A stretch of 64,000 nt of DNA from Vicinamibacteria bacterium (GCA_963832135.1 CAWHTD010000009.1:2012166-2076165), one strand, 5' to 3'. Shown: positions 1-11,109, counted from the first letter of the stretch. Numbers and translations are program-made. Notes: generated from the sequence alone by a model not told the origin.

Positions 1-131
1 GGCGATCACCTCCGCGCCTTCGCGCGCGAACAGCTCTGCGCTCGCCCGTCCGATTCCCTGCGCCGCCGCCGTGATGAGTGCCCGTTTGCCGGCCAGCCGT
101 CCTGACACTGCGTCCTCCTCGAGGTTGCTCA
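1..131 (-). CDS. SDR-family oxidoreductase, N-terminal fragment (gene runs off the window start)
   Basis: Manual reverse-strand translation from ATG (131-129) gives MSNLEEDAVSGRLAGKRALITAAAQGIGRASAELFAREGAEVIA. The LITAAAQGIG stretch is the glycine-rich NAD(P)-binding motif typical of short-chain dehydrogenases. It is too short for the ORF track. Confidence 0.55.
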
Positions 132-304
132 TGATTATCGTCGGTTCGTGAGCTCCGCCGGCGTCTTCCGGCCGATGGGCGGCGCGCTATTGGCGTTGCG
201 GACGCTGGCGGGGATTGGCTAAGATTGGAGCTTCGGGCAACACCCGCCGATAGTTCCAGGAGCGCCCGCCCGGGCGTGGAACTCCGGTCGGCAGATCACG
301 GTGT

Positions 305-379
305 TCCTCAGTAGCTCAACGGCAGAGCATCCGGCTGTTAACCGGAGGGTTGCTGGTTCGAATCCAGCCTGAGGAGCCA
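305..379 (+). tRNA. tRNA-Asn (anticodon GTT), CCA encoded
   Basis: The cloverleaf was read by hand. Acceptor stem: TCCTCAG/CTGAGGA. D arm: GCTC-AACGGCA-GAGC. Anticodon stem TCCGG/CCGGA with loop CTGTTAA (GTT). T arm: GCTGG-TTCGAAT-CCAGC. Discriminator G, then CCA. Confidence 0.92.
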
Positions 380-380
380 G
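335..380 (+). repeat. attL-like 46-bp direct repeat (anticodon loop to 3' end of tRNA-Asn), identical to 29,495-29,540
   Basis: ctgttaaccggagggttgctggttcgaatccagcctgaggagccag occurs identically at both positions. Identity breaks at one mismatch immediately 5' (ccgG vs ccgC). Confidence 0.85.
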
Positions 381-862
381 CTCCTAAGATCAATATAATC
401 AATTACTTGCAAGACGGGTTATTAGTTGCTCTCGTAACTCTCAGTCTCCCAGACATTTGTGACGGGCAGGCCGCACTGGACGATTTCCGCAACTGGATGA
501 ACCGGTGCGTTGCACGCGATCTGTCGGTTACAACGCGGTTGAAGGGAGCACGCTTGGAAAACGAAGCCGGCCAGCCGCATTGACCCACTCCGAAGCGCTC
601 CAACGCACACGCGATCAGGAACTTAACCCTCCAAATCGATCACCCCGTGTGCGTCCGTAAACCTCGATGTTCTTCGAGGTTTCGAGCCTGACGTATCACA
701 GTCCTATCACAATCGATTCGCTCACTTACGGCGTGCGCCTCGGTGTTCCTTCGTGTTAGTCGAGTAGGCGAACCACGCATCGGTGCTGCACCACCAGCGC
801 GTGCCATCGACAGTCGGTGGAGGAACGGTAGTAATTTCGGAGCGCGACCTTGGCCCGTGTTC

Positions 863-1864
863 TCAGTGTCCTAGCGTTTCCATCATGCCCGCCGAGTATC
901 GGTCCCCGGCCGCGGACCCGACCGGCGCCGCCGCATCGAGCGCGGTCAGATCGTCTTGCGTCAGTGTGATCTTGGCCGCCGCGACATTCTCTTCGAGATA
1001 TTTCACACGCCGCGTGCCGGGGATCGGCACCGTCCCGACGCTCATGGTCCACGCAATGGCGAGCTGTGACGGCTTGACGCCTTTCGCCGAGGCAATCTCG
1101 GCGATGCGATCGACGAGGCGCAGGTTGGCTTGCAGGTTCTCGCCCTGGAAGCGCGGATCGAGCCGGCGGAAATCTGTGGGCGCGAGCTTGTCGAGGTTCT
1201 TCAGTTCGCCCGACAGGAAGCCGCGGCCAAGCGGCGAGTAGGAGACGAAACCGATACCCAGCTCGCGGACGGTCTTGAGCACGTCGTTGTGCTCAACCCC
1301 GCGCTCGAACAGCGAATATTCGGTCTGGACGGCCGTGACGGGATGGACGGCGTGCGCCTTGCGGATCGTCGCTGCGGATGCCTCCGAGACGCCGATATAG
1401 CGGACCTTGCCGTCCTTCACGAGCGCCGCCAGCGTGCCGATCGTATCCTCGATCGGTGTCGCGGGGTCGATGCGATGCAGATAGAGAAGATCGATATAGT
1501 CGGTCCTGAGCCGCCGCAGCGATCCATCTACGGCCGCCCGCACATCGGCCGGGGCGCCGCTGACGAGAGGTGTGCCGTCCTCCATCGCGAGCTTTCCTTC
1601 GGCGGTGAACTTGAAGCCCACTTTCGTCGCCAACACAATTGTGTCGCGCTTGCCGGCGAAGGCTTTGCCGAGCAGTTCTTCGTTCATGTACGGGCCATAG
1701 ACCTCCGCCGTGTCGAAGAACGTGACGCCAAGTTCGAGCGCCCGCGCCAACGTCCCGAGATTCTCTTGTTCGTCACTCGGCCCGTACGTCGTGCTCATGC
1801 CCATGCAGCCTAGGCCCTGCGCACTGACGACCAGCCCCTGACTCCCAAGATTGACCTGTCTCAT
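863..1864 (-). CDS. Aldo/keto reductase
   Basis: ORF 863..1951. The likely start is the internal Met (MRQVNLGSQGLVVSAQGLGCMGMS...). Typical AKR motifs are present: GxxxFDTAEVYG, LYLHRID, YSPLGRGFL, IPGTRR. Confidence 0.85.
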   Translation of the reverse strand: MRQVNLGSQGLVVSAQGLGCMGMSTTYGPSDEQENLGTLARALELGVTFFDTAEVYGPYMNEELLGKAFAGKRDTIVLATKVGFKFTAEGKLAMEDGTPLVSGAPADVRAAVDGSLRRLRTDYIDLLYLHRIDPATPIEDTIGTLAALVKDGKVRYIGVSEASAATIRKAHAVHPVTAVQTEYSLFERGVEHNDVLKTVRELGIGFVSYSPLGRGFLSGELKNLDKLAPTDFRRLDPRFQGENLQANLRLVDRIAEIASAKGVKPSQLAIAWTMSVGTVPIPGTRRVKYLEENVAAAKITLTQDDLTALDAAAPVGSAAGDRYSAGMMETLGH

Positions 1865-1956
1865 TCGTGTTCTCCTTGAACGGGTTGAAAACGGACGCCG
1901 TTTGATCGGGTTTCCGTGCAGGGCAGCATTGTCGGAGGCCCAGGGCGACACCGTCG

Positions 1957-2871
1957 TCAGACGATGAGTACGACTTTTCCGGGCGGGTGGCCCTGCTTCA
2001 AAGCCGTCTGCGCCGCCGCGGCCTGCGCCAGGGGATACGTCGCTGCGATCGGCACTCTGAGACGGCCGGCGTCGACCATCTCCACGAGCCGGGTCAAGAT
2101 CGCGGAGTCCAGGCGGGCGAAAACGGTCGTGATCCCCGGTCCGCTCTCAGCGATCGAACATGCGCGCTCTCGGGTCGATCCGATCTTGGCGGTCCCGTGC
2201 AGGACACCCTTGCCGACACAATCGAGCACGGCGTCGACCCCGTCGGGCGCCAAAGCCAGGATGCGACCTGCCACCCCCTCGCCCGGCGCGATAGGAAGCA
2301 CGCCGAGGGACCTGAGGAAATCGTGGTGACCCGATGACGCCGCGCCGATGACGCGCGCGCCCCTCGCCAGCGCCAACTGCGCTGCCACCGCGCCGACGCC
2401 GCCGGCGGCGCCGTGGATAAGGACGGTCTCTCCGGACTGGATCTTCAGGGTCTGGACGATCGCGCGGTAGGCCGTGAGACCCGCCAGCGGCAGGCCCGCG
2501 GCCTCCGGCCAGCTCGCCGTGCGGGGTTTCCTCGCCAGCGCTTCGACCGGAGCACTGACCAGTTCCGCATAGGCCCCGTGATGGAGGATCTCCTGACGGA
2601 TGTAGCCGATCACCTCATCCCCCGGCGCAAACTCGCTGACCCCGGCCCCGACCTGTTCGACGACGCCGGCCACATCCCATCCGGGGATGACCGGGAACCA
2701 GGCGTCCGTCTGGCTCACGCCCAGGCCGGCCTGCAGCAGATGGTCCGCCGGATTGAGCGCGGCCGCCCGGACGCGCACGAGCACGCAGTTGTAGGAGAGC
2801 TTTGGGTCCGGAACGTCGGTGTATTCCAACACCTCGGGGCCGCCGTACTGACGATAGACAACCGCCTTCAT
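1957..2871 (-). CDS. NADP-dependent quinone oxidoreductase / zinc-type alcohol dehydrogenase-like (MDR superfamily)
   Basis: 304-aa ORF: MKAVVYRQYGGPEVLEY...VRVRAAALNPAD...; Rossmann motif GAAGGVG. Confidence 0.85.
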   Translation of the reverse strand: MKAVVYRQYGGPEVLEYTDVPDPKLSYNCVLVRVRAAALNPADHLLQAGLGVSQTDAWFPVIPGWDVAGVVEQVGAGVSEFAPGDEVIGYIRQEILHHGAYAELVSAPVEALARKPRTASWPEAAGLPLAGLTAYRAIVQTLKIQSGETVLIHGAAGGVGAVAAQLALARGARVIGAASSGHHDFLRSLGVLPIAPGEGVAGRILALAPDGVDAVLDCVGKGVLHGTAKIGSTRERACSIAESGPGITTVFARLDSAILTRLVEMVDAGRLRVPIAATYPLAQAAAAQTALKQGHPPGKVVLIV

Positions 2872-2885
2872 TTCAGCCGTCCACT

Positions 2886-3365
2886 TCAGAAGGCAAACGG
2901 CAGGTTATGGCGAACCTGCAGCGACTCGATGAGCCACTGTCCATCCACGCGAACCAGCTTCTGCGTGTAGTACCCAGACTCGATCGGCGTGATCGTGCCC
3001 ATCGCGCCCGTCGCACCCGCTGGCCAGCCGCTCGCGGGTTTCGCGTCACCGAGGATGGTGAAGACCATGAACTGGGCGTCGACCGTCGCGCGGTCTCCGT
3101 CGATGTCGATCAGCAGGCCGTCGGTGGCGTTGTGGCTCCACCCTCGCGGCGGGTGCGGCTTCATCAGATGCGTCGTCGCCTGGGCGATCGCCTCGCGCCC
3201 GGCGAGTTCTCCGATCAGCTCCGGCTTCCCGTCGGGATTGTTGTTGTAGAAGATCGTCACGCGCGCCTCGGGCGTGAAGAGCGCCCCCATGGCGGCGCCG
3301 TCGCGCCGATCGTGAGCCCGGGAATAGCGGGCGAGCACTTGCTGCACGGCCAGTTCGTCAGACAT
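2886..3365 (-). CDS. SnoaL-like / NTF2-fold domain protein
   Basis: 159-aa ORF. The N-terminus MSDELAVQQVLARYSRAHDRRDGAAMGALFTPEA matches the usual SnoaL_4/NTF2-like opening pattern. Confidence 0.65.
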   Translation of the reverse strand: MSDELAVQQVLARYSRAHDRRDGAAMGALFTPEARVTIFYNNNPDGKPELIGELAGREAIAQATTHLMKPHPPRGWSHNATDGLLIDIDGDRATVDAQFMVFTILGDAKPASGWPAGATGAMGTITPIESGYYTQKLVRVDGQWLIESLQVRHNLPFAF

Positions 3366-3416
3366 CGGAATCTCCGTTCGTTCATCGTCAATTTCAACAA
3401 CACAACCGCTTGATGT

Positions 3417-3707
3417 TCACTCGACCCCCTGCACTATGAACGTGCGATATTTCGCACCACGAAACCGATGCACGACGGCCTCCTGACAGGCCGGGCTGTC
3501 GTACCACGCTTCGGCTTCCTCGAATGTCGGAAACTCGAGCACGACCGCGCCTTCGATGGGCGCACCCTCAGTCATGCGCAGTCGACCATAGGCCACCCTG
3601 GTGACCAAGCGGTATCCAGCCGCGGACCCGGCGGCCTTGTCGGCGTACAGCCGCATCTCCTTCGGATCGTGGACAGCTTCGCGCAGCGCCACAAAGAATG
3701 CGGGCAT
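3417..3707 (-). CDS. DUF1330 family protein
   Basis: Within ORF 3417..3809 the internal start MPAFFVALREAVHDPKEMRLYADKA...VLEFPTFEEAEAWYDSP..Y looks like DUF1330. The shorter start also avoids overlap with the upstream gene. Confidence 0.65.
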   Translation of the reverse strand: MPAFFVALREAVHDPKEMRLYADKAAGSAAGYRLVTRVAYGRLRMTEGAPIEGAVVLEFPTFEEAEAWYDSPACQEAVVHRFRGAKYRTFIVQGVE

Positions 3708-3711
3708 CGGT

Positions 3712-4716
3712 CTACTCCTCATGCCGAACGACGATCTTGCCGAAGACCTTCCCGCCGGCGTAGTGGGCAAATGCCGATTTGGCCTCCGCGAACGGAAACA
3801 CGCGGTCAATCACGGGGTGCATGGCGTGCGCATCGACCGCGCGGTTCATGGCTTCCACGTCGACGCGGCTTCCGACGCTGATGCAGCGGAGCGTCGCTTG
3901 ACTCATGAACAGGCCCATGAAATCCAGACCGGCTTTGCTCTCCGCGAGTGCGCCGACGAGTGCGACCTCGCCGCCGTACGCCACGGCCTTGAGCGACTCC
4001 GCCAGCGTCCCAGGCCCACCGACGTCCACGACCCGATCGACGCCTCGCCCGGCCGTCAACGCGCGCACGGCCGACCCCCATTGCGGAGTCTCGACGTAGT
4101 CGACAACGGCGTCCGCGCCGAGCGACTTCAGCCGCTCGCCATTCCGCGCGCTGGATGTCGTGGCAATCACTCGGGCTCCGAGCAGTGTGGCGAGCTGGAG
4201 CGCGAAGAGCGACACGCCACCCGAGCCCTGCGTCAGCACAGTGTCGCCGGCACGAACGCCGGCGAGTGCCGACCAGCCCGTGACCGCCGCGCATGGCAGC
4301 GATGCGGCCTCTTCGAACGTCAGACTCGAAGGAGCGAGCGAGAGCGCCTCCGTTCGAACCACCTTGTACTCCGTGAGCCACCCATCCCGATCGGAGCCGT
4401 ACATGTCAGGGTTGGGTGTCCGCGGCCCTCCGTACCAGGTCGGAAAAAATCTGCTGACCACACGATCGCCCACCTTCAGTGTGGAGACGTCAGGGCCGAC
4501 CGCCTCCACTTCACCGGCTGCGTCAGAGATCGGAACAACTCCGGCTCGCACGGGGAATGGCGCCTTGCCAAGGAGGATGGCGAGATCGCGGAAGTTGAGA
4601 GCACTCGCCTTCACGCGAATCAATACCTCTCCAGCCGATGGGACAGGCGTGGCTTCCTCACGAGCAACGAGTCCATCGAAACTGCCGATGGTTTCCAAAC
4701 GATAGACATGCATCAT
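3712..4716 (-). CDS. Zinc-binding dehydrogenase / NAD(P)H quinone oxidoreductase-like (MDR superfamily)
   Basis: 334-aa ORF: GEVLIRVKASALNFRD..., Rossmann GSGGVS, C-terminal GKIVV. Confidence 0.85.
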   Translation of the reverse strand: MMHVYRLETIGSFDGLVAREEATPVPSAGEVLIRVKASALNFRDLAILLGKAPFPVRAGVVPISDAAGEVEAVGPDVSTLKVGDRVVSRFFPTWYGGPRTPNPDMYGSDRDGWLTEYKVVRTEALSLAPSSLTFEEAASLPCAAVTGWSALAGVRAGDTVLTQGSGGVSLFALQLATLLGARVIATTSSARNGERLKSLGADAVVDYVETPQWGSAVRALTAGRGVDRVVDVGGPGTLAESLKAVAYGGEVALVGALAESKAGLDFMGLFMSQATLRCISVGSRVDVEAMNRAVDAHAMHPVIDRVFPFAEAKSAFAHYAGGKVFGKIVVRHEE

Positions 4717-4851
4717 GTTTTCTCACGAGCCTTGCCGGACAACGCTGCCAAACTCCGCCATCGGTGAATCGCAAACGGAGCTCGGCGGGATAGCCCCAGC
4801 CCGAATCATCAGCAGGCCGGACCTGATAGTTCGGCCCTTGATCGATCGGCG

Positions 4852-5601
4852 TCAGGCCACGTAACCGCCGTCGATCGTCATGCTGGCACCGGTGACAAAG
4901 CCGGATTCCGGCCCGACCAGATACGCCACCATGGCGGCGATCTCTGCCGTGCTGCCCATGCGCCCAATCGGGATCAGCGGCTTTACCGCCTCCGCCATGC
5001 CAGGCACCGACGTCATGTCGGTCACCGTGGGGCCGGGCTGGACGTTGTTGACCGTAATGCCGCGTGGCGCGAGATCGATCGCCACGCCGCGCACCAGCGA
5101 AGCGATGGCACCCTTGGTCATCGAGTAGATGCTGGCGCCCGGGAAGCCGGTTCGGACGGCAGTGTTGCTGCCGATGGTAATGACGCGACCGCCTTGCCCC
5201 ATGTGGGCAGCGGCAGCCTGGATGGCCACGACCACTCCGCGCACATTGACGGCCAGAATGCGGTCGAGATCTTCCACGCGGTATTCCAGTATGCCGCCTT
5301 GGATCAGCACGCCGGCATTGACCACGAGGATGTCGAGGCGACCGAACTGCTGCAGGGTTTTCGCCACTGCGCCGCGCAGCTCGGCCTCATTCGCGCTGTC
5401 CGCCTTGATGGCGATGGCGCGCCCGCCGCCGGCCGTCATCTGTTGCACCAGTTCAGTCGCCTTGTCCGCCGCGGCGGCGTAGGTCAGGGCGATGCCGGCG
5501 CCATCTTCCGCCAGGCGCCGCGCGATGCCGGCACCGATGCCGCGCGAGCCACCGACGACCAGCGCGATTTTGTCTTTCAGGGGCTGCAGTGCTTTTGTCA
5601 T
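4852..5601 (-). CDS. SDR-family oxidoreductase (FabG-like)
   Basis: 249-aa ORF: VVGGSRGIGAGIA (TGxxxGIG), NAG, and YSMTKGA (YxxxK catalytic motif). Confidence 0.9.
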   Translation of the reverse strand: MTKALQPLKDKIALVVGGSRGIGAGIARRLAEDGAGIALTYAAAADKATELVQQMTAGGGRAIAIKADSANEAELRGAVAKTLQQFGRLDILVVNAGVLIQGGILEYRVEDLDRILAVNVRGVVVAIQAAAAHMGQGGRVITIGSNTAVRTGFPGASIYSMTKGAIASLVRGVAIDLAPRGITVNNVQPGPTVTDMTSVPGMAEAVKPLIPIGRMGSTAEIAAMVAYLVGPESGFVTGASMTIDGGYVA

Positions 5602-5644
5602 GGGAAAAGCTCAGTTCTGGAATGAATGGTCAAAATGTGCGGAC

Positions 5645-5660
5645 ACACAGGATCCTGTGT
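5645..5660. promoter_or_regulatory. Perfect 16-bp palindrome ACACAGGATCCTGTGT, candidate TetR operator upstream of the SDR gene
   Basis: The palindrome lies ~45 nt upstream of the SDR start (5601, minus strand) and downstream of the TetR gene. A second inverted repeat, TGGACA-GATA-TGTCCA, lies at 5829-5844. Confidence 0.3.
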
Positions 5661-5889
5661 CGTGGCCCTGGGGGATTAGCGGCGCGTCAGCGCCGCCAAA
5701 GAGAACCGTGCCGTCGCCTGCAATAGTTCCGGCTTGACGCCGGCGCGTGCACCGGTCTGAAGGCCCTGCATGAGGGTGCCGATAAAACGCACCGACCACA
5801 GACTGCCTCATCGTTCTCTCCGCAGTAGTGGACAGATATGTCCAAAATTAGACATGCCGAATAACTCCGTATCTATCCATCCGAAGCGC

Positions 5890-6480
5890 CTATTGTGCCT
5901 TCAGGCCGTCGACGGCGATCGCGGCGATCGCCTTCAATGCTTCGCGAGAAGCACCCGCTCTGGCGGTGACCCTCATGCCGGCCAGTGTCGATTGAAGATA
6001 CGCGGCTGTGGTTGCCGGATCGAGCGAGGGCCGGAGCTTTCTCTTGGCCTTCGCCTCCGCCACCAGCTTTTCAAGGACTGACTGCATCGCTGATCGCGAC
6101 GCATCGTTGACGGAACGAACATCGGCGTCAGACGTTCCAAACTCGCACACCGAAGCCACGCCGAGACACGCGAGTGCCCGCTCGCCGGGATGTTCCAAGG
6201 CGATCGACACCAGCATGTCTTCGATCGCCTTCATGGGGGAGTCGGCCTTTCGAAAGATCTCGAAATATCCAAGCACGCGGTCCGAATTATATTGACGCAA
6301 CGCCTCCAAGTAGATTTCCTTCTTGCCTTTGAAGGTGTCGTAAAAGCTCTGCCGACCAATCCCCATCGCCAGACGCAAATCGTCCGTCGACGTCGCGCTG
6401 AAGCCCTTCTTTCGAAAGATGCCCAGCGCCGCTTTCAAGGCTTCATCGCGTTCGAACTCTTTCGGGCGTGCCATCTCCAA
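5890..6480 (-). CDS. TetR/AcrR family transcriptional regulator
   Basis: 196-aa ORF with an N-terminal HTH: ALGIFRKKGFSATSTDDLRLAMGIGRQSFYDTFKGKKEIY. Confidence 0.85.
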   Translation of the reverse strand: MEMARPKEFERDEALKAALGIFRKKGFSATSTDDLRLAMGIGRQSFYDTFKGKKEIYLEALRQYNSDRVLGYFEIFRKADSPMKAIEDMLVSIALEHPGERALACLGVASVCEFGTSDADVRSVNDASRSAMQSVLEKLVAEAKAKRKLRPSLDPATTAAYLQSTLAGMRVTARAGASREALKAIAAIAVDGLKAQ

Positions 6481-6611
6481 AGGCTAAAAGATTATGGATA
6501 GAGTTGTCAATAACAAAGAACAGCGAGAGGCCCGACCTACCGTGGCTGCTTCGCTTCACGATGAAAAACGAGCGGCGGCGCGGGTGGACGGCTGATCCTG
6601 GCGACGACCGT

Positions 6612-6640
6612 TTGACATACATGACGACCGTCATCTAAAC
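6612..6640 (+). promoter_or_regulatory. Candidate sigma70-like promoter (TTGACA at 6612-6617) with an embedded inverted repeat ATGACG-AC-CGTCAT (6621-6634)
   Basis: A perfect -35 hexamer is followed 16-17 nt later by TCTAAA/CTAAAC. The palindrome occupies the spacer, ~30 nt upstream of the second TetR gene, which would suit an autoregulatory operator. Confidence 0.35.
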
Positions 6641-6666
6641 TCAAGGCGTCAGTTGGGAGGCGTGCC

Positions 6667-7266
6667 ATGAGAGCGAGTCGGGAACAGTTCGCCGAAAACC
6701 GTCAGCGCATCCTCGAGGTCGCCGGAAGGCTCTTCCGCGAGAAGGGATTCGATGGAATCGGAGTGGACGGCATCATGAAAGCGGCCGGCCTGACCCATGG
6801 TGGCTTCTATGGCCACTTCGCCTCCAAGGCCCACCTGGCCGAACAGGCGTGCTCGGCGGGGCTGGCGAAAACCACGCGGAGGTTGGAAACCTTGGCGCGT
6901 GACGCACCAGAGGCCGGACTGGCCGACATCGCCCGGGACTATCTGACGAAGCAGCACCGCGACGACCCTGGCAACGGCTGCGTGTTCGCCGCGCTGGGCG
7001 GTGATGTGGCCCGCAGTTCCAAGGCCGTGCGCTTGACAGTCACCAAGGGCATTCGGGCGCAGCTCGGCATCCTCGAACGGGCCGCGAAGGGTCGCTCAAA
7101 GGCGTCGCGCCGGGAGCAGGCGATCACGGCATTGTCGGGAATGGTGGGAGCGATGGTCATTGCCCGGCTGGTGAACGATTCCACCTTGTCCGATGAAATT
7201 CTCACCGTCGCCGCGTCGGCGTTCGGTGGTCACAGAGAGACCAATCAGAAAAGGAACGCAAAATGA
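6667..7266 (+). CDS. TetR/AcrR family transcriptional regulator
   Basis: 199-aa ORF with HTH AGRLFREKGFDGIGVDGIMKAAGLTHGGFYGHFASKAHL. Its stop overlaps the start of the next gene (7263). Confidence 0.85.
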   Translation: MRASREQFAENRQRILEVAGRLFREKGFDGIGVDGIMKAAGLTHGGFYGHFASKAHLAEQACSAGLAKTTRRLETLARDAPEAGLADIARDYLTKQHRDDPGNGCVFAALGGDVARSSKAVRLTVTKGIRAQLGILERAAKGRSKASRREQAITALSGMVGAMVIARLVNDSTLSDEILTVAASAFGGHRETNQKRNAK

Positions 7267-8105
7267 CGATCGAGCTATCCGCACAGGCGCCCACCACCTT
7301 CATCGAAGCGAACGGAGTGAGGTACGCCTACCGCCGACTGGGTCAGCCCGCCGGCGTCCCACTCGTGTTTCTGCAGCACTTCACCGGGACCATGGACAGC
7401 TGGGATCCGGCGGTGGTCGATGGCTTCGCCCAAGCGCGGCCGGTCATCCTCTTCGACAACCAGGGCGTCAGCCGTTCCAGCGGCACCACGCCCGACACCG
7501 TAGCCGCGATGGCGAATGATGCGGTGGCGTTCATCACCGCCCTGGGATTGAAGCAAGTCGACCTGTTGGGTTTTTCGCTGGGCGGGTTCATCGCTCAGGT
7601 CATCGCGGCCGAACATCCCGCGTTGGTCAGGCGACTCATTCTGGCAGGTACCGGACCCGAAGGCGGGGAAGGCATTCGGAATCTGCCGCAGGCGCCGGAA
7701 CAAGCGCAGAAGACCAGTCCGGACGACTTGCGGCGCTACCTGTTCTTCGAACAGACCAATACCAGTCAGGACGCGGGTCGGGCATTCCTCAAGCGCCAGG
7801 CCCAGCGGACCGTGGATCGAGACCCGGAGAGCTCCCAGCAGACGGTTGGTGCGCAATTCACCGCGATCGTGGCCTGGGGAACGGACGGCGATCCGCGTTC
7901 GGCGCGGCGGCTGCAGCAGATCACCCAGCCGGTGCTCGTCGTGAACGGCAAGAACGACATCATGGTGCCGACCATCAACTCGTACACCCTGTTCCAACGG
8001 CTGCCCAACGCGCAGCTGAGTCTCTACCCTGATTCTGGACATGGCGGCCTCTTCCAACACGGCGAGACGTTCGTGGACGAGGGGATCCGTTTCCTGCACG
8101 AGTAA
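7263..8105 (+). CDS. Alpha/beta hydrolase
   Basis: 280-aa ORF with nucleophile elbow GFSLGG and a C-terminal DSGHG motif. Confidence 0.85.
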   Translation: MTIELSAQAPTTFIEANGVRYAYRRLGQPAGVPLVFLQHFTGTMDSWDPAVVDGFAQARPVILFDNQGVSRSSGTTPDTVAAMANDAVAFITALGLKQVDLLGFSLGGFIAQVIAAEHPALVRRLILAGTGPEGGEGIRNLPQAPEQAQKTSPDDLRRYLFFEQTNTSQDAGRAFLKRQAQRTVDRDPESSQQTVGAQFTAIVAWGTDGDPRSARRLQQITQPVLVVNGKNDIMVPTINSYTLFQRLPNAQLSLYPDSGHGGLFQHGETFVDEGIRFLHE

Positions 8106-8110
8106 CTCAC

Positions 8111-8458
8111 GTGCCGAATTCAGAACGATTGACCACGATCTCGAAGGACGCTGATCTCATTACGGTGATCAACGTCTTTACCGTCGACCCCTCGAATCAG
8201 TCACGGCTCGTCGAGCTTCTCACCAAGGCGACCGCCACCTTCGTTCGCTACGCGCGGGGGTTTATCTCGGCGAGCCTTCACCGCAGCCGCGATGGTACCA
8301 AGGTCACGATGTATGCACAGTGGCGAAGTCTTGATGACTATGAGGCGATGCGAAGGGGCCCGGGGCCCGTTCCCTATCTCCAGGAAGCCCTCACCATTGC
8401 GACGTTCGAGCCCGGAATCTACGACGTGGTCGAGTCATTCGCGCCGCCGGCGGCGTAG
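8111..8458 (+). CDS. Antibiotic-biosynthesis-monooxygenase (ABM) domain protein
   Basis: 115-aa ORF: ITVINVFTVDP...FISASLHRSRDGTKVTMYAQWRSLDDYEAM is the typical ABM ferredoxin-like pattern. Confidence 0.7.
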   Translation: MPNSERLTTISKDADLITVINVFTVDPSNQSRLVELLTKATATFVRYARGFISASLHRSRDGTKVTMYAQWRSLDDYEAMRRGPGPVPYLQEALTIATFEPGIYDVVESFAPPAA

Positions 8459-8470
8459 TCGGAGTACACC

Positions 8471-9409
8471 ATGACGCATGACATCGTTCAAACCTCCGCC
8501 GCGGACACGTTGCCGCCCTTCGACCCTGCGACGTTCTGGACGCAGTTCCACCACGATACCGTCGTGATCAAGGGCGTGCGGCTGCATTTCGTCGAAGGCG
8601 GCAGCGGCACGCCGATCCTGCTGCTGCCCGGCTGGCCGCAGAGCTGGTACGCATGGCGTTATGTGATGCCGCTGCTCGCCAAAGCCGGTCGGCGCGTGAT
8701 CGCGCTCGACCCGCGCGGCATGGGCGACTCCGATCGGCCCGCCTCTGGCTACGAGATGCGCACCGTGGCCGCCGAGCTTCATGATTTCGTCGAGGCGATG
8801 AAACTGACGGCGAACGGGCCTGTCGACATCGTCGGTCACGATCTCGGCACCTGGATCGGCTATGCCTATGCGGCCGAATGGCCGGGCGACGTGAAGCGGC
8901 TCGCGGTGTTCGACGCGGCGCTGCCCGGCATCACCCCGCCGCCTCCGGCCGGCATTCCCTCGGCGGAGGCGAATGTGAGGACCTGGCACTTGGCCTTCAA
9001 CCGGCTCGATGACCTGCCGGAGATCCTGCTGCAGGGACGCGAGCGGGAGCTTCTGACTTGGCTGTTCAGGGCCAAATCCACTCGTCCCTGGACGATCACG
9101 CCGGCGGATCTCGATGAATACGTGCGCGTCAACGCCGCCCCCGGCGCGACGCGGGCGGCGCTGTCCTACCAACGACACAATCTCGGGCCCGAAGGCATCG
9201 CGCACAATCGGGCCCGCGCCGAGCGCAAGCTCGCCATGCCGGTACTCGCTGTCGGCGCGGAGAGCGGAGCCGGAGCAACGCTGCCCGACACGATGCGCTT
9301 AGTCGCGGCGGATGTGCGGGGTGCTGTGTTTGCTGGCTGTGGGCACTATATGGCCGAAGAAGCCCCCCGCGCCGTCGCCGAGCAAATCATCAGGTTCATG
9401 GGTAAATGA
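8471..9409 (+). CDS. Alpha/beta hydrolase (epoxide hydrolase / haloacetate dehalogenase-like)
   Basis: 312-aa ORF: LLLPGWPQSWYAWRYVMP, nucleophile motif GHDLGT, C-terminal GCGHYMAEE. Confidence 0.85.
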   Translation: MTHDIVQTSAADTLPPFDPATFWTQFHHDTVVIKGVRLHFVEGGSGTPILLLPGWPQSWYAWRYVMPLLAKAGRRVIALDPRGMGDSDRPASGYEMRTVAAELHDFVEAMKLTANGPVDIVGHDLGTWIGYAYAAEWPGDVKRLAVFDAALPGITPPPPAGIPSAEANVRTWHLAFNRLDDLPEILLQGRERELLTWLFRAKSTRPWTITPADLDEYVRVNAAPGATRAALSYQRHNLGPEGIAHNRARAERKLAMPVLAVGAESGAGATLPDTMRLVAADVRGAVFAGCGHYMAEEAPRAVAEQIIRFMGK

Positions 9410-9694
9410 GTGCGGCCCGCTGACGGCTTGAGCCAGCAAAAGCTGCGTCGCTCTCCGAGTTTCTACCTCGCGAAACCTTAGCGAACCTGTCAAAAATAGG
9501 CCATTTAGGCGGGCTTCTAGGATCAACCAGTTGCGGACCGCGTTTTCCAGCCCGTCGAACATTTCGCGCAGGTCATCGACGTACGAATCAGCCGTCGGCA
9601 CACTCCATCATCATCGTCGTCGGGTCGCTCGCGCTTGGCGCGCTCGATTGAGGACCGTGACCCTCTCGCGAGTAATCTGGCGGCTGACGGCCAG

Positions 9695-11109
<1,415 letters not shown>

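Noticed and set aside
350-610. ORF-track ORFs 350..583(+), 403..603(-) and 422..610(-) next to or overlapping the tRNA
   Set aside because: They overlap the tRNA-Asn/att sequence and the dispersed repeat. They have no start context or recognisable motifs and look like chance ORFs in GC-rich DNA.
658-682. Hairpin aaacctcga-tgttct-tcgaggttt as a terminator for the AKR operon
   Set aside because: It lies ~180 nt beyond the AKR stop, has no U-tract on either strand, and has no clear associated transcript end. The evidence is insufficient.
9299-9601. 100-aa minus-strand ORF downstream of the alpha/beta hydrolase
   Set aside because: It overlaps the hydrolase 3' end by ~110 nt. Only its first ~30 codons (...DDLREMFDGLENAVRNWLILEA) are meaningful, as a diverged copy of the dispersed repeat. 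It is treated as a remnant rather than a gene.
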